From Nitrososphaeraceae archaeon (GTDB lineage Archaea; Thermoproteota; Nitrososphaeria; Nitrososphaerales; Nitrososphaeraceae): a stretch of DNA of 24,000 nucleotides. Location: contig DATGZA010000005.1 in the NCBI GenBank assembly GCA_035297365.1, forward strand, positions 1-24,000. The letters are read 5' to 3'. The notes below the pieces were generated by a model. It made no database searches. It was not told where the DNA came from and saw nothing but the letters and a program-made list of their open reading frames with translations. Of this stretch, positions 17,162-24,000 are shown one piece after another. Position 1 is the stretch's first letter; every line of letters starts with the position of its first letter. Position numbers and translations under genes: made by a program.

Positions 17162-17812
17162 ATGGTCTGGCTACGACGTACAACGCACTATCTATTCATA
17201 GTGGTCGTTGCTGTTAACAGTACATTATTAACAATCAATGCGGGTGACTATATCTTCTATACCGATTGGGCTTGGACTTCGTTTGTCGTGTTTTCTATTT
17301 CACAATCTACTATGCTTGTGGTAGGAGCGATTTATTATATGCTCTTTACCGGAGTTCCAGGTACAGCGACATACTATGCTACAATTATGACAATATATAC
17401 ATGGGTTGCAAAAGGTGCATGGTTCGCTTTGGGATATCCATACGATTTCATAGTAGTACCAGTTTGGATCCCTTCAGCAATGCTATTAGACCTCACATAT
17501 TGGGCAACAAGAAGAAACAAACATGCTGCAATTCTAATTGGTGGAACACTAGTAGGAATGTCTCTTCCAGTATTTAATATGATAAATCTCTTGCTGGTAA
17601 AGGATCCGTTAGAAATGGCATTCAAATATCCTCGGCCCACGTTGCCTCCGTATATGACACCAATTGAACCCCAGGTCGGTAAATTCTATAATAGTCCGGT
17701 GGCTTTAGGTGCTGGAGCTGGTGCGGTACTTTGTGTCCCAATAGCGGCATTAGGTGCTAAACTAAATACTTGGACTTATAGATGGATGGCAGCCTGGAGT
17801 AAATGGGATTAA
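17162..17812 (+). CDS. amoA: Ammonia monooxygenase subunit A, archaeal
   Basis: MVWLRRTTHYLFIVVVAVNSTLLTINAGDYIFYTDWAWTSF...KYPRPTLPPYMTPIEPQVGKFYNSPVALGAGAGAV...KLNTWTYRWMAAWSKWD is unmistakably thaumarchaeal AmoA. Starting at MVWLRR gives the canonical 216 aa. The maximal ORF starts at 17147 (MRTLLMVWLRR). Confidence 0.97.
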   Translation: MVWLRRTTHYLFIVVVAVNSTLLTINAGDYIFYTDWAWTSFVVFSISQSTMLVVGAIYYMLFTGVPGTATYYATIMTIYTWVAKGAWFALGYPYDFIVVPVWIPSAMLLDLTYWATRRNKHAAILIGGTLVGMSLPVFNMINLLLVKDPLEMAFKYPRPTLPPYMTPIEPQVGKFYNSPVALGAGAGAVLCVPIAALGAKLNTWTYRWMAAWSKWD

Positions 17813-17822
17813 AAATCCTTCA

Positions 17823-17850
17823 TTTTTTCTTTTAATTTTTTGCATTTTTT
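17823..17850 (+). terminator. Three T6 tracts downstream of amoA
   Basis: tttttt occurs at 17823-17828, 17836-17841 and 17845-17850, starting 11 nt after the amoA stop. Confidence 0.4.
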
Positions 17851-17876
17851 ATCTTTAAAAGCTACTCAATTAGATA

Positions 17877-18290
17877 TTAATAATTATCCGAATATCTTAG
17901 GGTTAACTCTTGTCTATCTTTATCGATCTTTATGTGATATGTTCTTGAAATAGTCTTTTTTACGACATGTAACATAGTTTCATAAATATTATATTGATTG
18001 TACGAAAGCTTGAAATATCGATGTTTATATTGTTTTTGAACGTCGTTCCTATGTTTACAAATAGTATGCGTCTGGCTAGATCTCAATTCTTCCCTTATTT
18101 AGGGTAATATAACATTGTGACATCATATACAATCCCAGTACATCTGCTAGTATTATAACATATACTTCTTTTCTCTATTGACTTTAGCATCTGCTAATGC
18201 CTTGACCCGTAATTTAATGGATGCTACTTCTATGTTATAACCCTCATCTTGTAAAAGATCGTATAGATATCTATAATAGCTGCAACCTGA
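17877..18290 (-). mobile_element. Decayed IS110-like transposase fragment (tentative)
   Basis: Minus-strand translation gives SGCSYYRYLYDLLQDEGYNIEVASIKLRVKALADAKVNREKKYML*. This resembles the TG.YH..L...L...GY.V.V.NP...K.......K.DK.DA block of the DEDD_Tnp_IS110 domain. After stops and a frame change it continues EELRSSQTHTICKHRNDVQKQYKHRYFKL... (like ELR.L.R.R..L......KNRL). The track ORF 17877..18086 is part of this relic. Confidence 0.35.
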
Positions 18291-18357
18291 TTATATACAT
18301 TTTTGCAGAGTATTAATAGTGGTTTTCGTCTTAAATTTTAGGTCTGTCGAACACTAC

Positions 18358-21265
<2,908 letters not shown>

Positions 21266-21316
21266 TTAGTACTTAATTGGTATGCCTTTCTATTAATAGT
21301 TTAAAAAATATTTTTA

Positions 21317-21469
21317 TTACTCGCCTGTAGCTGCATCAAATAAACAACATTCGCATGAACTTGTTTCACCACAATATGGACAAACACACATACACATTTC
21401 TATATGATTTCCACAACTTTCGCATGAATTTGTTTCGTTGTTTTCTATCTTTTTTTTATTGTCGTCCAT
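21317..21469 (-). CDS. Small cysteine-rich protein (50 aa, 9 Cys), not in the ORF track
   Basis: My translation gives MDDNKKKIENNETNSCESCGNHIEMCMCVCPYCGETSSCECCLFDAATGE*. It has an ATG start at 21469 and a TAA stop at 21319-21317. It ends 51 nt upstream of the OFOR alpha start on the same strand. Cys spacing is C-x2-C, C-x-C-x-C-x2-C, C-x-CC. Confidence 0.45.
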   Translation of the reverse strand: MDDNKKKIENNETNSCESCGNHIEMCMCVCPYCGETSSCECCLFDAATGE

Positions 21470-21590
21470 ATTTTATTATTAATGAATATAATTTCTTATA
21501 AATTATTATCTAATACAAGACTTAAATTTAAATATATACGATAAGGATTTTTATAAAAGAATATATTATTTTTGTTGTACAATTATTTTT

Positions 21591-21695
21591 ATGTCTAAAG
21601 ATCTTGAAAATGAATTTGAAGAGGACCTTGCAAGTGAATATGATGAATTTGAAGATATAGATAGTATTGATAATGATGAGACTGCAAAAGCTTAG
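21591..21695 (+). CDS. Doubtful 34-aa highly acidic ORF
   Basis: My translation gives MSKDLENEFEEDLASEYDEFEDIDSIDNDETAKA*. It is divergent from the Cys-rich ORF. There is no motif, and it could be a chance ORF. Confidence 0.15.
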   Translation: MSKDLENEFEEDLASEYDEFEDIDSIDNDETAKA

Positions 21696-21799
21696 TATCT
21701 TGCTACTTTTTACTTGTTATATATGAAGCACTTAGTTATACGATATTTATTCTTCTACAATGTGCTATTTCTTTCTAACAATCCTTGATCTTAGAATAG

Positions 21800-22310
21800 A
21801 AACAGAACATAGGATTGATGATGTATTTTTCTCTGTATTTTCTTGTTCTCTGTCAGTCTGAAAAATAAAGACATTGAAATCTTCAAAAGATGAAAACAAA
21901 AGAAGTTACATCTCAAATTGAATCAATTTGGATCTTTTCAAACCTATAGGGCAAGAGGTTCTGCTTTTACAGTAGATAAAAGAATAATCAAATATTACTT
22001 AAAATATCCATAGACTTCTTGTACTGTATTGAACTTGAAGAATCGATGCTTGCAATATATTTGACAAGAAAAATGCTTGTAGCATAGAATTTTAGTCATT
22101 ATTTGATTAAAAAGTATGGAAAACATACTGTTTACATTGATGGTGTTACTAGGTATCTCCAAGCTTGAACTTTTATACCCAAAACACATAATGCATTCTC
22201 CTTTAGAAGACCCTGATAGACGAGTAAGCAGTATTTCAAATAGAACCGATGCTTTCACGATTACTATTCATGTATTAACAACAAGAACAGAAAACGTGAT
22301 CTAGGACGTG
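21800..22310 (+). mobile_element. Decayed DDE transposase gene of the same family as relic 1 (IS6/IS240-like, tentative), relic 2
   Basis: Plus-strand frame-2 translation gives ...EVTSQIESIWIFSNL*...FLYCIELEESMLAIYLTRKMLVA*NFSHYLIKKYGKHTVYIDGVTRYLQA*TFIPKTHNAFSFRRP**TSKQYFK*NRCFHDYYSCINNKNRKRDL. It parallels relic 1 in two places: KKFIRSIIQRYGNSTVNSD versus SHYLIKKYGKHTVYIDG, and FDDYYPC versus FHDYYSC. The track ORFs 21995..22258(-) and 22116..22304(+) lie inside it. Confidence 0.55.
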
Positions 22311-22504
22311 TATAGGATCGGATTAGATTGTTTATTCTTTTGTACAATAAAACAATCAAAACAAAAAAATATAGTTTCATTTTTCAGTAAAATTAATTTC
22401 ATGTTAACATACTCTATATAATGATGACTAAAAATAAAAAAAATTAAAATAAGATTAGTAAAGACAATTTATTTTGTATAGCACACCGTCGTCATAATGA
22501 TTTT

Positions 22505-22801
22505 TTACCAGTGATGTTTTTCGTCTGGCATTAAACCAATCTGTTCTCGTTCAAAATACTTTTCCAATTCTTGAGACCATTTCTCTTTCGCAGAAGCACC
22601 GCCAAGTCCTTTTCTTCGAAGCCAGAAAGAAATTACTCCAAGAAGGAAGACAGCAAACAATATTGTCCCGAATATGTATACCATAACATCGTAGAACAGC
22701 GGATCATAGCTTGGACCGATTTGTTGAATAAGACTGCTAAAGCTGTTACTAATCATTGCACTGAGATTGGTGATAGCACCTACTACCATATCATATAGCA
22801 A
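22505..22801 (-). CDS. Small single-pass membrane protein, hypothetical
   Basis: 98 aa with one strong TM (VMVYIFGTILFAVFLLGVISFWL) followed by RRKG and a charged C-terminal tail. The + strand ORF 22571..22798 is a shadow. Confidence 0.5.
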   Translation of the reverse strand: MLYDMVVGAITNLSAMISNSFSSLIQQIGPSYDPLFYDVMVYIFGTILFAVFLLGVISFWLRRKGLGGASAKEKWSQELEKYFEREQIGLMPDEKHHW

Positions 22802-22923
22802 TCAAAGTCTATGATATATACATTTTGGTGTTTTAATTATTCTCTGTAATATAATCCAAGTACAAGATATGAAAATTTATTAGAGTTTTTTGCAATTTGA
22901 AAAAATAAAAAAGGTTAGAGTTT

Positions 22924-23271
22924 TTATCTAGCTGGTTCGCGTTGTCTACTTCTACTCATTATGAAGAAAGCTGCTGCAACGGCACCAAAGATTGCTACAA
23001 GAACACCAATGAAGAGAGCTGTTTGATTTATACCGCCACTAACCATTGAAGTACCGGAACCATATGCACCCTCTGTTTGAGCATTAGAAACCTTTTCTTT
23101 TGCTAAATTTAATTGCTCTTCGAGAGAAGATATTCCGGATTGAGCTTGTCCATACTGTGCCAAGGCAGACTGAACTCCAACTAAAGTAAACACTGTACCC
23201 ATCGATAATATTACTGCAGTCATTGCCAAGATAGATGGTCTATTCATCATATTCTTCAATTTTAAATTCAA
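22924..23271 (-). CDS. Small exported protein with signal peptide and C-terminal TM anchor plus basic tail, hypothetical
   Basis: 115 aa. The signal-like segment is PSILAMTAVILSMGTVFTLVGVQSALAQ. Then come a short coiled segment (SSLEEQLNLAKEKVSNAQ), a Gly/Ser linker, the TM ALFIGVLVAIFGAVAAAFFIM, and SRSRQREPAR. Confidence 0.5.
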   Translation of the reverse strand: MNLKLKNMMNRPSILAMTAVILSMGTVFTLVGVQSALAQYGQAQSGISSLEEQLNLAKEKVSNAQTEGAYGSGTSMVSGGINQTALFIGVLVAIFGAVAAAFFIMSRSRQREPAR

Positions 23272-23344
23272 TTATTTAACTTTTATCATATTGAATATAA
23301 ATTTTAAGTAACATTTAAGATATACAAAAAAATTAAGTATCAAT

Positions 23345-23794
23345 ATGGCTCGTACTCATGCTCATACTCATGGAAAGTCTCATTCGATTAGACCAGCAGT
23401 AAAGGATGCACCAAGCTGGATAGTACAAAAACCCAAAGAAATAGCTGATATTATCATTAAATTTTCTAATGATGGATTATCTCCCAGCGAGATTGGTTTA
23501 CGTCTTAGAGATGAATATGGAATACCGTTAGTAAAACCGATTCTTGGTAAATCTGTAACTCAGGTACTCAAAGATAATAATATTGAACAATCAATGCCTG
23601 AAGATCTGAATAAATTGGTACAAAAAGCACTTGGTCTTCAAAAACATCTAAAAATTCACAATAGTGATCATAGAAATGTACGATCTCTTGAATTAATTGA
23701 GTCAAAAATTCACAGAATTTCAAAATACTACAAGAATAACGGAAAAATACCAACAACTTGGAAATATTCTGCAGTTATTGCACAGCTAGAATAA
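23345..23794 (+). CDS. rps15: 30S ribosomal protein S15 (uS15, archaeal S15P/S13e type)
   Basis: The protein is 149 aa. Its N-terminus MARTHAHTHGKSHSIRP and the C-terminal S15 helical domain (LQKHLKIHNSDHRNVRSLELIESKIHRISKYY) are typical. Confidence 0.9.
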   Translation: MARTHAHTHGKSHSIRPAVKDAPSWIVQKPKEIADIIIKFSNDGLSPSEIGLRLRDEYGIPLVKPILGKSVTQVLKDNNIEQSMPEDLNKLVQKALGLQKHLKIHNSDHRNVRSLELIESKIHRISKYYKNNGKIPTTWKYSAVIAQLE

Positions 23795-23800
23795 ACAATA

Positions 23801-24000
23801 ATGGTTACAAAAGAATTCGAAACAATTCTTGATCACTTTGTAGAGAAAATAAACGAAAATATTGATAAGGACATAATTATTATTGCTAGAAAGAGTTCTG
23901 ATGGACTAACTGCAGGTAGTCTTATTTCATCAGTGTTATTAAAATTAGATACAAGAATTACATTACGATTGGAAAATGATTTAGATTCTGATCTAATTTC
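23801..24000 (+). CDS. 5' end of an open-ended ORF, possibly a DHH/RecJ-like (Cdc45/GAN-like) protein
   Basis: My translation gives MVTKEFETILDHFVEKINENIDKDIIIIARKSSDGLTAGSLISSVLLKLDTRITLRLENDLDSDLI... The I-I-A-R-x-x-x-DG-x-x-(A/S)-x-x-L pattern resembles a degenerate DHH motif I/II region. RecJ-like genes often follow rps15 in archaea. The ORF runs off the right edge. Confidence 0.3.
   Translation, partial: MVTKEFETILDHFVEKINENIDKDIIIIARKSSDGLTAGSLISSVLLKLDTRITLRLENDLDSDLI

Noticed and set aside
21995-22304. Track ORFs 21995-22258 (-) and 22116-22304 (+) as possible genes
   Set aside because: Both sit inside the decayed DDE transposase relic 2. The + ORF is just one surviving stretch of the broken transposase frame, and the - ORF has no recognisable features.

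Overview
AT-rich chromosomal segment with low coding density from an ammonia-oxidising archaeon (Nitrososphaeria / Thaumarchaeota). By my rough tally about two thirds of it is coding. The diagnostic genes are archaeal amoB (15953-16510, -), amoX (16701-16997, +) and amoA (17162-17812, +). There is no amoC in the window. My recollection is that this split layout is typical of soil-group Nitrososphaerales; with the long AT-rich spacers it suggests a Nitrosocosmicus-like genome rather than the compact Nitrosopumilus amoA-X-C-B block.

Surrounding genes are mostly housekeeping:
- a two-subunit 2-oxoacid:ferredoxin oxidoreductase
- pdxS/pdxT
- a futalosine-type menaquinone cluster (two MqnE/MqnC-family radical SAM paralogs plus an MqnD-family gene)
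- a long-form HMG-CoA synthase
- mscL
- a CopD-like protein
- a TFE-beta/RPC34-like winged-helix protein
- ribosomal protein S15
- a tRNA-Leu(UAA) that appears to carry two introns

The non-housekeeping content is the more interesting part:
- at least four decayed insertion-sequence relics from three transposase families, one of them directly next to amoA
- a decayed subtilase gene
- an open-ended Met/Gly/Pro-rich repeat protein at the left edge
- several small orphan genes missed or under-explained by the ORF track: a 50-aa protein with 9 Cys upstream of the oxidoreductase, a secreted acidic repeat mini-protein, and orphans downstream of amoB

I saw no CRISPR array, rRNA, or recognisable defence or toxin system. 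All family assignments come from motif recognition by eye, not from database searches.
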